From the sequence record NC_071015.1: 64,000 nt of DNA; one strand, 5' to 3'. Under the pieces are notes generated by a model that saw only the letters and a list, made by a program, of their open reading frames with translations, ran no database searches and was not told the origin of the DNA. Below are positions 27,756 to 36,732 of this stretch, piece by piece (within the stretch, counting starts at the first letter, position 1; each line of letters begins with the position of its first letter). The position numbers and the translations under genes were made by a program.

Positions 27756-28277
27756 TTAGAGTTGACCAAGCGACAGATTGTCAAACTTGTAACGAGTTAC
27801 GAAAACTTCTTTGCCTTCGTACTGATCAGTTTGTTTGACAGCGTACCAGTGCTTCCAGTCTTCACTGTGACGCAAAGCAACCGGAAGTACTGCTTCGTCA
27901 TGTTGGTCGTAATAGTTCAGAAGACCGTCAACGATCTTCACCCTGAATTTACTGACCGGAGTGCATTCATACCAATCATCCAGCACCGGGAACAGATAAG
28001 TCAGGAAACCGCCATCCAGGCGAGCGGTATTGTCAATATCCAACAAAAGCTGACACAGCGTGTCCATCGACATGGCTTCGTTTTGATCGACAAACTTAAT
28101 GACATATCCGTCACGCCAGCAAAACGTCTGACCCCGAAGGGTCAGAGGGGACATCTCTTTGTTGTAGTACGCTCCAACCAACCACAATACGATCGCAGTC
28201 AGTTCGTCGATCGTAACCGTTTTGGTGGAATCCCCACCGGTCCCGATTCGGTAAAGCGCCAGCTTTTCAATCAGCAT
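27756..28277 (-). CDS. Hypothetical protein, paralogue of 26860..27357
   Basis: See paralogue; TAATG overlap with the upstream gene. Confidence 0.75.
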   Translation of the reverse strand: MLIEKLALYRIGTGGDSTKTVTIDELTAIVLWLVGAYYNKEMSPLTLRGQTFCWRDGYVIKFVDQNEAMSMDTLCQLLLDIDNTARLDGGFLTYLFPVLDDWYECTPVSKFRVKIVDGLLNYYDQHDEAVLPVALRHSEDWKHWYAVKQTDQYEGKEVFVTRYKFDNLSLGQL

Positions 28278-29368
28278 TACTTAACCTCCAGTTCGGCCTG
28301 ACGTTGAGCCAAACGCATCAGCCACTCTTCAAACTCAGCTTGACGATAGACCGGAATGCTCTTGGTGCAGCGGTCCATATCAAAGTCAGTGTTGAAGTCC
28401 GTGGTATAGATCTGCAGCGTTGAATGGTCTTTGTAGATACGCAGACGACGACCGCCAATATACCCTTTGACAAAGAAGTTGCCGACGGCATGAATCACAG
28501 TCAGCTGAACTTCCGCGCCGTGCGCCTTACCGGTGATGTTGCGTTGCAACTGTTGCTCCGGATCCCAGGCAATGTTTTTGTCAAACATGAAGTCCACCAG
28601 TTTGGTCAGGCAGTTTTCATGTTCCCCTTTCTGCATAGCAGCGGCCAGCTCTTTTGCAGCGTCGCTTGGTTCTGCTGGACAGTTTTCGATGAGGTAAGTT
28701 TGCCAGATAGCCGACAATGAAGACATGTCCTTAATGATGCCCTCACTGAAGCCAACATTGATATGTTCTTTTATCATCGCACCGTCAATCGTTTTGCCTA
28801 CGTTCGGACCAAAGATTTGGCGCAACAGGCTTTGGATCAGTTTAGTAACCACTACATCTGGTTCGTAGGTAGAAGTAATGGTTACTTCTGTACCCAACAT
28901 CACACCGGTAATATGGGACGTTGTATCCTCAGTGATGAGGCCAGTAACGTAAACGGTATTGGCCGGACGATCTCCTGTAATGGAGAAAATAACGTCAGCG
29001 ATCAATTCCCAGTACACTCCCTTTTCATGCTCAGCCAAAATACGTTCTTTGACTTGCTGATTCAGGGAGAAGTTGTAATCGCTTAGGAAATCCCCGACAA
29101 ACGCTTCCTCGATCTGACGGGTTTCTTTAGGTTCGCCTTTTGCCATGGCGATAGCGGCAGCTTTTAATAAACCAACCACATCAAACATGGCGGTATGGCG
29201 GTTGATGTTACCGGCTACACGAATACCATCGGTTCCACAGTTTACCGTTAACTGTAAGTGTCCAGCCGAGTCTGGATCGTCGATACCTGCAAGGGTGATA
29301 TCCACAGCGTTGATGATCAAAGTTTTCTTAACTTTGTACTTAATTGGGTTTTGAGATATTGCGTTCAT
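28277..29368 (-). CDS. Hypothetical protein (363 aa)
   Basis: Long ORF with AAGGA upstream; tiles with neighbours. Confidence 0.78.
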   Translation of the reverse strand: MNAISQNPIKYKVKKTLIINAVDITLAGIDDPDSAGHLQLTVNCGTDGIRVAGNINRHTAMFDVVGLLKAAAIAMAKGEPKETRQIEEAFVGDFLSDYNFSLNQQVKERILAEHEKGVYWELIADVIFSITGDRPANTVYVTGLITEDTTSHITGVMLGTEVTITSTYEPDVVVTKLIQSLLRQIFGPNVGKTIDGAMIKEHINVGFSEGIIKDMSSLSAIWQTYLIENCPAEPSDAAKELAAAMQKGEHENCLTKLVDFMFDKNIAWDPEQQLQRNITGKAHGAEVQLTVIHAVGNFFVKGYIGGRRLRIYKDHSTLQIYTTDFNTDFDMDRCTKSIPVYRQAEFEEWLMRLAQRQAELEVK

Positions 29369-29380
29369 AAATAAATTCCT

Positions 29381-29848
29381 TTATTGAAGGTGGTAAGCTT
29401 TAACAGGGGAGCGAAATGCATTCTGTTGTTGAGTACGCGCATTAAACTTTGCTACGCGTTCACGAAAAGAGGTAATGGCTTTGACAGCCTCATCCCAGTC
29501 TTTTGCAAAAACCGGATAGACATCAGCCTCGTCGACTTGAAACGCAATGCGTTCTTTAGTCAGTGGCCACGGGATGTACCGGCGGCGATAGACGAAGGCG
29601 ATTTTTCTTAGCATGTAGTCGCCTTGTGAATCGGTTATACGGGACCACTCGCGGTACACATATGTCACCGACACGTACTTCTTCCCAAGGCACATGTCCA
29701 AAAGTCGGGGTTTTGTTTTCATCCACTTCATGTGGAGAACAGCAACCTTTGCTTTCCACATGAGGGGCAAAGATTGGAATATCAAGTACGTCCAAATCCA
29801 TCTGAACGGGTTTTTGAGAAATTGGAAGTGGATCGTTGATTTTGACAT
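29381..29848 (-). CDS. Hypothetical protein (155 aa)
   Basis: GGAG upstream of ATG; overlaps the 3' end of the kinase-like ORF by 293 nt. Confidence 0.6.
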   Translation of the reverse strand: MSKSTIHFQFLKNPFRWIWTYLIFQSLPLMWKAKVAVLHMKWMKTKPRLLDMCLGKKYVSVTYVYREWSRITDSQGDYMLRKIAFVYRRRYIPWPLTKERIAFQVDEADVYPVFAKDWDEAVKAITSFRERVAKFNARTQQQNAFRSPVKAYHLQ

Positions 29849-30359
29849 TGTTAATCTTCTCCGCTAACGTCTTTGTTTTAATTACGAAAAATTCCATCTC
29901 CAGAATAAACATTCTTTCGTTAGAATCGGGACACCAAAATGTTCCGTAATCGATACAAAACGGTCTGCCTTTATATAAGGCGTAATTTTTAGGTACGTGT
30001 TCGCAATACTTGCGAGCCAATAATGCTTCTGCATTATTATCGTTATTGGCGTGAAATAAATCAGCCAAGAATGCACGGAAATACCAGGTCGACTTATTAA
30101 TAGGTCTTACCCGTGGCATAACCACGAGTAAGCCAAGGGGAAGTGACCATAACACCGGTAAGAAATAGTTGGGACAGCGTTTAGAGTTGTCCCGTTCTAA
30201 AATGTTAGCAATGATCCCTTTAACGAAACCAAAGTAGCTTTTTAGATACGGGACTTTAATCGCATACTTTCCAATTAAAAATACCGTGCGGGTAGTGCCG
30301 TGATGGATTTCAAATCGATACCGATCTGACGCGGAAAACTTTCTTCCTAACCAACCCAT
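29556..30359 (-). CDS. Protein-kinase-like fold protein
   Basis: Start re-called at MGWLGRK (AGGAG upstream); GTTRTVFLIGKYAIKVP (glycine loop and ATP-binding Lys), LVVMPR hinge, KNYALYKGRPFCIDYG (catalytic loop and DFG-like motif). Confidence 0.6.
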   Translation of the reverse strand: MGWLGRKFSASDRYRFEIHHGTTRTVFLIGKYAIKVPYLKSYFGFVKGIIANILERDNSKRCPNYFLPVLWSLPLGLLVVMPRVRPINKSTWYFRAFLADLFHANNDNNAEALLARKYCEHVPKNYALYKGRPFCIDYGTFWCPDSNERMFILEMEFFVIKTKTLAEKINNVKINDPLPISQKPVQMDLDVLDIPIFAPHVESKGCCSPHEVDENKTPTFGHVPWEEVRVGDICVPRVVPYNRFTRRLHAKKNRLRLSPPVHPVATD

Positions 30360-30681
30360 CAAGTATTCTCCTTCGTACAGGTGAGTCCATGAACTCAGGG
30401 TTAACACTAACCCTGTACCCTAAGTTCTTTACCATGTGATCAATGCCTAACGGAATTGCTTCCTTTACCATTTCGTTGTATTGCGGCCAGGTAAGATAAC
30501 CGCCTGTATTCGTTTTCTTAACCGTAATGCGTTTCTCACCGACACAAATAACCAATTTGTATCTGTATTCATCCATCAGAAAACACGAAACTGCTTTTTC
30601 TGTTAACGATACAAACTCGATATGGTTAGGATCCCGTGATTCGCTTTCAAACATCCGCATGACCGCGTTTAAAAGCATCAT
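30310..30681 (-). CDS. Hypothetical protein (123 aa)
   Basis: Tiles with neighbours. Confidence 0.62.
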   Translation of the reverse strand: MMLLNAVMRMFESESRDPNHIEFVSLTEKAVSCFLMDEYRYKLVICVGEKRITVKKTNTGGYLTWPQYNEMVKEAIPLGIDHMVKNLGYRVSVNPEFMDSPVRRRILDGLVRKKVFRVRSVSI

Positions 30682-30683
30682 GG

Positions 30684-31034
30684 TTAGAAACCCGCAAACA
30701 GAATGTTGGTTTCGCGATGGTTCTGGTGCAGGGCGTTGTTATACACCACCGTCTGCTTAATGTCGAAGAACGACATCTTGTCCATCAGTGTCATACCGTG
30801 AACATTCATCCCCATCTGACCAGACTTCTCCAGATACTGCAACGCGCGGGTAAAGATGTCTTCAAGACCCATGCGATAGTAGCGATCCAGAATGGCATCG
30901 GTTGCCCGTGTTTCAGACAGCTTCGGTGAGACAAAGACAAATTGCTCGTCACCGATCTTGGCCAGGATTTCCATCGTGACAACGAACTCATCACGTTCTT
31001 CGATATAGTCCGTAAAAGTGAGTACCGGTTTCAT
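30684..31034 (-). CDS. Hypothetical protein (116 aa)
   Basis: GAGGA upstream; ATGA overlap with the upstream gene. Confidence 0.7.
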   Translation of the reverse strand: MKPVLTFTDYIEERDEFVVTMEILAKIGDEQFVFVSPKLSETRATDAILDRYYRMGLEDIFTRALQYLEKSGQMGMNVHGMTLMDKMSFFDIKQTVVYNNALHQNHRETNILFAGF

Positions 31035-31663
31035 GCTTGTTCCTCCACCATATGGCTTTTGAGCGCTGCACTATTAATGAGGCTGAATTTCTCTTCAGCG
31101 ATGGCTAACAGGATCTTGTTAGCGGTGCAGGTAACACGCTCTGGTTTAATGTCGGTAAGGTCTTTGTTGACCTTGAGAAGTGCTTTAATGATATCGTCTT
31201 CCATCAAGTCCAACCTAATATCACTGCCGTAGTTGATGTAGTACCCATAAAAGATGTAGTTCTCTTCCGTAAACCCGTTATCGGGATCCATAACGGATTC
31301 TTTTAACTGATCGATGTACTCTTCGGCCGCATCCCCAATTTCATTAAGAAGGCTATCACCAATGCGCATGATGGTTGGGACTACTTCCAGTTTCCCATCA
31401 ATACGGAAAAAGTGATATACCGCGAATACCCATTCCTGACGCTGAGCGTAAAAGAACTTCGTCATCTCCTCTAAAGCGAGCTTTAAGTCGGCACCTTTTA
31501 AATGCAGCTTCAAGTCACTGATGTGGAAAGACATCGGACTGTGGTTCATATCACCCATGATGTAGAAATGGTGAATCGCTTTGTTCAGTACAGCAGAAAC
31601 ATGTTGAGAACGCTTACGCAACTGAGCATACTTCTTACGCGGGGACTTCTTGTTACCAGCCAT
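31031..31663 (-). CDS. Hypothetical protein (210 aa) with basic N-terminus
   Basis: AAGGA upstream; MAGNKKSPRKKY start. Confidence 0.75.
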   Translation of the reverse strand: MAGNKKSPRKKYAQLRKRSQHVSAVLNKAIHHFYIMGDMNHSPMSFHISDLKLHLKGADLKLALEEMTKFFYAQRQEWVFAVYHFFRIDGKLEVVPTIMRIGDSLLNEIGDAAEEYIDQLKESVMDPDNGFTEENYIFYGYYINYGSDIRLDLMEDDIIKALLKVNKDLTDIKPERVTCTANKILLAIAEEKFSLINSAALKSHMVEEQA

Positions 31664-31712
31664 TGTGGTGGATCCTTTTTATCAAGTTTAAAACGTGAGG
31701 TACTGCCGGCCG

Positions 31713-31880
31713 TTATTTCTGTGCCGTGCCGAAGCTACCATAACGAGAGTTGAACGTTAACATCGCTTCTACTTTTTGGCGATTCAGCTCTTCTGGGGTA
31801 GGAAGTTTGACGGTACTTTTGTCAACGGCTTGTCGACGGGCCAAGGCATCAGCCAGTTGTTCTTTAAAACTCTTTTCCAT
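31713..31880 (-). CDS. Small hypothetical protein (55 aa), absent from the ORF track
   Basis: Manual translation MEKSFKEQLADALARRQAVDKSTVKLPTPEELNRQKVEAMLTFNSRYGSFGTAQK; fills the gap between 31663 and 31864. Confidence 0.55.
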   Translation of the reverse strand: MEKSFKEQLADALARRQAVDKSTVKLPTPEELNRQKVEAMLTFNSRYGSFGTAQK

Positions 31881-32058
31881 TGTTGAATAACCCTTCTAAT
31901 ACAGAAAAATATTGATTGAAGGCATCGTCAGAGATCTGTTCAATAATACTGATCTCCTCTGACACCATGGTTTTATAACGTTCAGTTCCTCGACCATTCA
32001 ATCGACGACGTAACGTATCGAGATATTCGCTTTTGGTACACGGCACTTTATTTGCCAT
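31864..32058 (-). CDS. Small hypothetical protein (64 aa)
   Basis: AAGG upstream; tiles. Confidence 0.6.
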   Translation of the reverse strand: MANKVPCTKSEYLDTLRRRLNGRGTERYKTMVSEEISIIEQISDDAFNQYFSVLEGLFNNGKEF

Positions 32059-32063
32059 GCTTA

Positions 32064-32261
32064 TTACCTTTTCGTTGTAGGAACAACGCTGAGATGGGAA
32101 TACATTTTTCGTAACTTAATATAGGACGCATATTCCCTATCGGTCATACGTTCTAAATCGGAGATAAGGTAATCCGCATCTAACTCTGCGATAATATCCC
32201 CGTACCGTTTTGCTCTCTCCCTGTCAGACTTCGCTTTAACCAAATGCTCTTCTCTGGTCAT
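32064..32261 (-). CDS. Small hypothetical protein (65 aa)
   Basis: Tiles with neighbours. Confidence 0.6.
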   Translation of the reverse strand: MTREEHLVKAKSDRERAKRYGDIIAELDADYLISDLERMTDREYASYIKLRKMYSHLSVVPTTKR

Positions 32262-32263
32262 GA

Positions 32264-32683
32264 TTACTTATTGGCCACCGGTTCAAAAGTAAAGCGATGT
32301 TCGCCCGGAGCACGACGACCGGCATGAGCCTGACGGTTACTGCGGTGTGAGCGACGATTAGGTTTGCCTTGATTGCGCCCTTCACGTACCTGCTCTTTCT
32401 TTACTTCGCTGTAAGGCATGCCCTGGGGCGCACCTGCCGGGGTGAAATGCATATTGGCTTTCGGCTTGATCCCCAAAGACTTACCAATAAAGTCAATCTG
32501 GTTTTGCACTTCATCAATCTGATTGGTGAGGGTTTCCCATTGCGGGCCGGTGTTCTTCACACCTTTCAGTTTGTTACGTTCCGCACGCAACTCTTTGATT
32601 TTGTTGATCAAAGCAAAACGCTGTGCTTTAAACTGCGCTTGCGTGTTCTCATTAATACGAGTTTCAACATTAATCTCTGACAT
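32264..32683 (-). CDS. Basic coiled-coil hypothetical protein (139 aa)
   Basis: AAGGAAG upstream; Arg/Gln/Asn-rich C-terminal tail. Confidence 0.72.
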   Translation of the reverse strand: MSEINVETRINENTQAQFKAQRFALINKIKELRAERNKLKGVKNTGPQWETLTNQIDEVQNQIDFIGKSLGIKPKANMHFTPAGAPQGMPYSEVKKEQVREGRNQGKPNRRSHRSNRQAHAGRRAPGEHRFTFEPVANK

Positions 32684-32749
32684 TTCTATCTTCCTTATTA
32701 AGGTTGGGGGGGGAGGTGGAGTATATCAAATAAAGTTTGGAGTTTTTAT

Positions 32750-33394
32750 TTAAATATCTTTATTAGATGTAGCGGTTGAGATCTCAATCTGGTGTTCCAG
32801 CATATCAAGCCAGGTAGTCGGAGTTACCATGTGCTCACATTGGAACATTTCACACAGCTCTTCTTTAGCCAGTTTCTCTAACTGACTATCCAGTTCAATC
32901 GCTTCCTCTACTTTACCGTAGCGAATAGCCACATCTCTTTTACTTTTCAAAGACTGAATTTCAAGAACGCGGGTATTGACAGATTCTTTACTACCCATCA
33001 TAGATAAACGCGAACCGCAGATGTTATAAAGGTCATGTAAAGGTCCTGCCATTTTTTCTTTAGGAGCGTATCCGTTAAGAGGACGCCCATTAATATTGGT
33101 TCCCAGAATTCGGCTTGAATCGTCAAGCGGATGAGACAGTCCTTTAGTTAGACTAACGTGCAATTCAAGGCGTTTTTCGACGGCATTGATTGTGTCCGTG
33201 ATACCATGTTTGTTAAGAACGATATACTCGACGAATTCCGCTTCTGTCATTGCGTTAACCATATCGATTTCGGTAACGATTGCTTGAGCCTCTGCGGTTA
33301 AGCAATGAACGCGTGCTTTTTCTGCCCAGTTAGTTAGCAGGTTTACAACTTCTTCTTTGGTAGCACCTTCGCCATACAGTTTTTCAGTTTTCAC
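32750..33394 (-). CDS. Hypothetical protein (214 aa)
   Basis: GAGGA upstream; first gene after the intergenic promoter/terminator region. Confidence 0.72.
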   Translation of the reverse strand: MKTEKLYGEGATKEEVVNLLTNWAEKARVHCLTAEAQAIVTEIDMVNAMTEAEFVEYIVLNKHGITDTINAVEKRLELHVSLTKGLSHPLDDSSRILGTNINGRPLNGYAPKEKMAGPLHDLYNICGSRLSMMGSKESVNTRVLEIQSLKSKRDVAIRYGKVEEAIELDSQLEKLAKEELCEMFQCEHMVTPTTWLDMLEHQIEISTATSNKDI

Positions 33395-33461
33395 AGATAA
33401 ATCCTCTAAGGTTAGTTTACACGTTAATAATGTAAGGCCAAAAATAAATACAACTAAAAAG

Positions 33462-33487
33462 AGGAGAGGAGCCTAAGCCCCTCTCCT
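33462..33487 (-). terminator. Intrinsic terminator
   Basis: AGGAGAGG/CCTCTCCT stem with a plus-strand A-tract (U-tract on minus). Confidence 0.6.
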
Positions 33488-33494
33488 AATTTAT

Positions 33495-34208
33495 TTAGTG
33501 GATATTGTAATCTTCCTGAGGAAGGATAATGTAAACGTCCTTCTCAGCATCGTAAAGCAGGTAATCGCCTTTACGTGGTTGATATCGACGATGACGGAAA
33601 TGGATAATCCGTTTCAACTCAATGTCATCGATGGTGGATCCATTTACAGTAATCCAGCAGTGGTTAATCTTCGGTTGGTCATAATCTTCAATGACACCGA
33701 GATACTCATGCTTTCCTGCTGCGTTGAATTCACCAATAACGAACGCGTTACAGAGTGGTTCCAGCCTCACAGTAGCTACCGGAACTTTCTGCTCTTCGTC
33801 ATTATAGAGCGTGAATGTATAGCGCATTTTAAAGTTAGGTTCCAGCAGGTTTTTCAACTCCACTTTAATCCCATCGATAAACTTACGCCACTCTTCCGGT
33901 GCTGGCACAAACTCTTCATTAATAGAACTGTTGAGGTGCGGTGCCAGGTCCAGGTTGTACAGGAAGTCCAATGCAACATCCAGTGCACAGGTGTCGAAGC
34001 CGCTGTACGGCGTCATACATCCCAAATCACCGGAGATAATCGTTTTGGACATTCCAATCCAACCGCAGTTATCCCCTGTCGCACCACGGAAGTCAACTTT
34101 CCCTTCACCACTAACATGAACGAGTAAGTTGCCAAAGCGGTGCATAAGACGTTTAAGCTCATCGGACACGAGCTCATTCAGGAAAGTTACATCAGTGGTT
34201 TCACTCAT
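33495..34208 (-). CDS. Hypothetical protein (237 aa)
   Basis: Tiles with neighbours. Confidence 0.72.
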   Translation of the reverse strand: MSETTDVTFLNELVSDELKRLMHRFGNLLVHVSGEGKVDFRGATGDNCGWIGMSKTIISGDLGCMTPYSGFDTCALDVALDFLYNLDLAPHLNSSINEEFVPAPEEWRKFIDGIKVELKNLLEPNFKMRYTFTLYNDEEQKVPVATVRLEPLCNAFVIGEFNAAGKHEYLGVIEDYDQPKINHCWITVNGSTIDDIELKRIIHFRHRRYQPRKGDYLLYDAEKDVYIILPQEDYNIH

Positions 34209-34211
34209 TGA

Positions 34212-35591
34212 TTAATTCCCCAGGTTATGAATCTCGACATACAGACCGACACGAGAACGAATCTGCTCCAACAGGGATTTAACAATATCCCCACCCGCTT
34301 TACCAATCACTTTGGTGTCACGACGGAACACCAGACCCGCAGCTTTGTTCCACAGGTCACCATGGCGTTCCATGTTAACCCAACCTGGCAACGGAGCCAA
34401 AGAGAATGACTGGTTAGAATACGGCGTAACCGCATTGTTGTCAGCCGGAGATTCTTTCAGCACATTTTCCGGGAAGAGGTCTTTTGCAAAGAACGCAACG
34501 TCGCCCACCAGAATGTCGTAATCATTCAGACGCACAAACGGGATCGGTTCAATTGCCGCAAAGACACCGTAATCCACACGACGTTTAACGTTCAACGTCG
34601 GCATGTGATAATGGACAGTTGCTTTGGATACCAAACTGTTTCCCAGATGGTGATGGGCAGTGTGTTTATGCAACTGACCGCTCAGTGAAATAGAAACACC
34701 CTGTTTGGTGTATACCGACAGACGGAAGGGTTCGGCGTAGTTGGTTGCTTTTCTGAGAGAGATATGTTCAGTTCCAGAAACAGCAACGTTATGGAAATCG
34801 CTGTCAAGGACATTAATTACCTTACTCTCGTTAATCGTCGAGTAACGTAAGACACTCCCTACTACGCTTACTGAACCACTATATGCGCTTACGAAGCTCG
34901 CAATAAAAGTGGAACGCTGCAGGTCAACATAATCGCCGCGAACAAGCGCGTTGTTCATGGCGACCTTGCCGGTCACTGAAAGCAGGCGGGCTTCAACGCA
35001 GGACCCAATGAGGGTGATTACGGCATCTTGCTCATCCCCTGACTCGGTGTACTCGTAATCCCAGCCTGTTGTGATGTTATCCTGGATGATCAGTTCAGAC
35101 CCAGAGGTCATTACCACTTTGACTTTGCCCACAGTGGCGGTCCACCATTCACACTCCTCATTGGTAAGTGTTTCATTACAAGTGTACGGGAGGGCATAGT
35201 TCCATGTATCGTTCGGCATGGCCAGTATGGAGTTCTTGGTCGCGTCGTGATAACGGCGAATCTTCAATCGATCGGTTGTCCCGCTCAGGTAAAAACCGAT
35301 TTGATCTTTATTTACTTTGGTCAGTTCAATTTCCTGACCGCCAACAATCAGAACCGGCTTATCGGTAATGGAGTTAACTTCACGACGACGCATTTTAACA
35401 GGTTGAGCGCCATCGAAGGTGATCTCGGTATCTACCGGCTTCAGCTCGATTACCTCAGGCTGAATGTCCACCACCGGCAAGGTATCGCGCTCAGTGACCA
35501 GCACCGGAACTACATCGATCGCTTCTTCCTTCTTATCGGACACGGCAGAATTCTGAACTTTCTTTGTGTCTTTCTTTACTTCTTTGGTCAT
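34212..35591 (-). CDS. Hypothetical protein (459 aa) with a possible beta-helix segment
   Basis: GAGG upstream; Ser/Val/Asn-rich short-period segment (SVSVVGSVLRYSTINESKVINVLDSDFHNVAVSG). Confidence 0.75.
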   Translation of the reverse strand: MTKEVKKDTKKVQNSAVSDKKEEAIDVVPVLVTERDTLPVVDIQPEVIELKPVDTEITFDGAQPVKMRRREVNSITDKPVLIVGGQEIELTKVNKDQIGFYLSGTTDRLKIRRYHDATKNSILAMPNDTWNYALPYTCNETLTNEECEWWTATVGKVKVVMTSGSELIIQDNITTGWDYEYTESGDEQDAVITLIGSCVEARLLSVTGKVAMNNALVRGDYVDLQRSTFIASFVSAYSGSVSVVGSVLRYSTINESKVINVLDSDFHNVAVSGTEHISLRKATNYAEPFRLSVYTKQGVSISLSGQLHKHTAHHHLGNSLVSKATVHYHMPTLNVKRRVDYGVFAAIEPIPFVRLNDYDILVGDVAFFAKDLFPENVLKESPADNNAVTPYSNQSFSLAPLPGWVNMERHGDLWNKAAGLVFRRDTKVIGKAGGDIVKSLLEQIRSRVGLYVEIHNLGN

Positions 35592-35674
35592 TTTGAAACC
35601 TCTTAAAAGTTCTATGCCTTTCCAGTCAGCATAGAAGAAGGGTGGAGTTTTCCACCCGATGGATAGAACAGTAG

Positions 35675-36187
35675 TTAAATACTACTTTCTTTCTTTTCGG
35701 ACAAAGAGGAGTAAATCCCCGCACTGTCCAACTTCTCGATAAGCCGTTCGGTACTGATAGCTACCTCACTGGCATACACGTTCATTGACAAACGCACTAA
35801 CTGCAAAAGCCGTTTGTCGTATTGAGGAGAATCCCCCTGCATCTCTGTTTTGGGAAACCCACACAGGAAAATTAAATGTTCCAGGTGAGACTCTTCCAGT
35901 GAGTGTGGAATCAGCAAGCGAGTCTTTGCCAATTCCAATTCGTCAACAGGGTTGCCTTTTTGTGGATTAACAAATTTAGTTAACCCGTTATATACATCCC
36001 CAAAGGAATGGGGGTCGCCCGGGATGGATTCCGAGAGCAGTGACTTTTCACCACTCTCTTCCTGAGTCTCGATAGGACCCGGAACAGCAGCAGGTCGCAT
36101 CCCATGTTTATGTTTACGAACAACGCTTTTGTTCACACTGTCCTCCACACTGAAGAACCATTTTACTGCTTTCCAGATCTTACCCAT
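35675..36187 (-). CDS. Hypothetical protein (170 aa)
   Basis: GAGG upstream; followed by a hairpin at 35640-35657. Confidence 0.7.
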   Translation of the reverse strand: MGKIWKAVKWFFSVEDSVNKSVVRKHKHGMRPAAVPGPIETQEESGEKSLLSESIPGDPHSFGDVYNGLTKFVNPQKGNPVDELELAKTRLLIPHSLEESHLEHLIFLCGFPKTEMQGDSPQYDKRLLQLVRLSMNVYASEVAISTERLIEKLDSAGIYSSLSEKKESSI

Positions 36188-36196
36188 GACAACCTC

Positions 36197-36490
36197 TTAA
36201 TTAAATTTACGATCAGTGATAACTGTTACAGCATTGGGTTTATCTTTATAGATGCAAAGCACGCCATAATGATAATGTCCATCCACGCTGGTTGCAGAGA
36301 AGAACTGACCTTTGCCGTCTAAACAACCTGGGGTTTCACTCCCCATTTGGACATCGGTATATCCTATATCCTTTAATATAGCTTCTGGTGTTTTCTCCGA
36401 TGAAACAAAGAGTATGATCAAAAGCACAATAACAGCCGCAGCAACGATGTAGTGTTGGTTACGCCGTCTCTTATCTGTTTCAGTGTACAT
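36197..36490 (-). CDS. Single-pass membrane protein (97 aa)
   Basis: RRR followed by YIVAAAVIVLLIILFVSS; two Cys; AAGGA upstream. Confidence 0.72.
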   Translation of the reverse strand: MYTETDKRRRNQHYIVAAAVIVLLIILFVSSEKTPEAILKDIGYTDVQMGSETPGCLDGKGQFFSATSVDGHYHYGVLCIYKDKPNAVTVITDRKFN

Positions 36491-36492
36491 CC

Positions 36493-36732
36493 TTATACTC
36501 CCCGGTGGTTACGGTTAGAAAACTCACCGTACATCGCTCTCATCATTTTCTTTTCGAAGAAAGCCATGATTAGTGAAAACACACCGAAGAACAAACACAG
36601 GGTTGCCACCACTCCAAGACCGACAAGATCACCGAGTTCAGTGACTTCGGTCCTGATAACATAAACAACCCAGCCAAAGCCGCAGGATAAAACAACGAAC
36701 ATGACCAGATGGAACCAGTTAATATCTTTCAT
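36493..36732 (-). CDS. Two-TM membrane protein (79 aa)
   Basis: Start re-called at MKDINW (TAATG overlap); two hydrophobic segments and a basic C-terminus. Confidence 0.68.
   Translation of the reverse strand: MKDINWFHLVMFVVLSCGFGWVVYVIRTEVTELGDLVGLGVVATLCLFFGVFSLIMAFFEKKMMRAMYGEFSNRNHRGV

Noticed and set aside
27762-28301. Plus-strand ORFs of 179-209 aa (27762..28301, 33498..34127, 43980..44603, 44700..45281)
   Set aside because: Fully antisense to well-tiled minus-strand genes, with no ribosome-binding sites or motifs.
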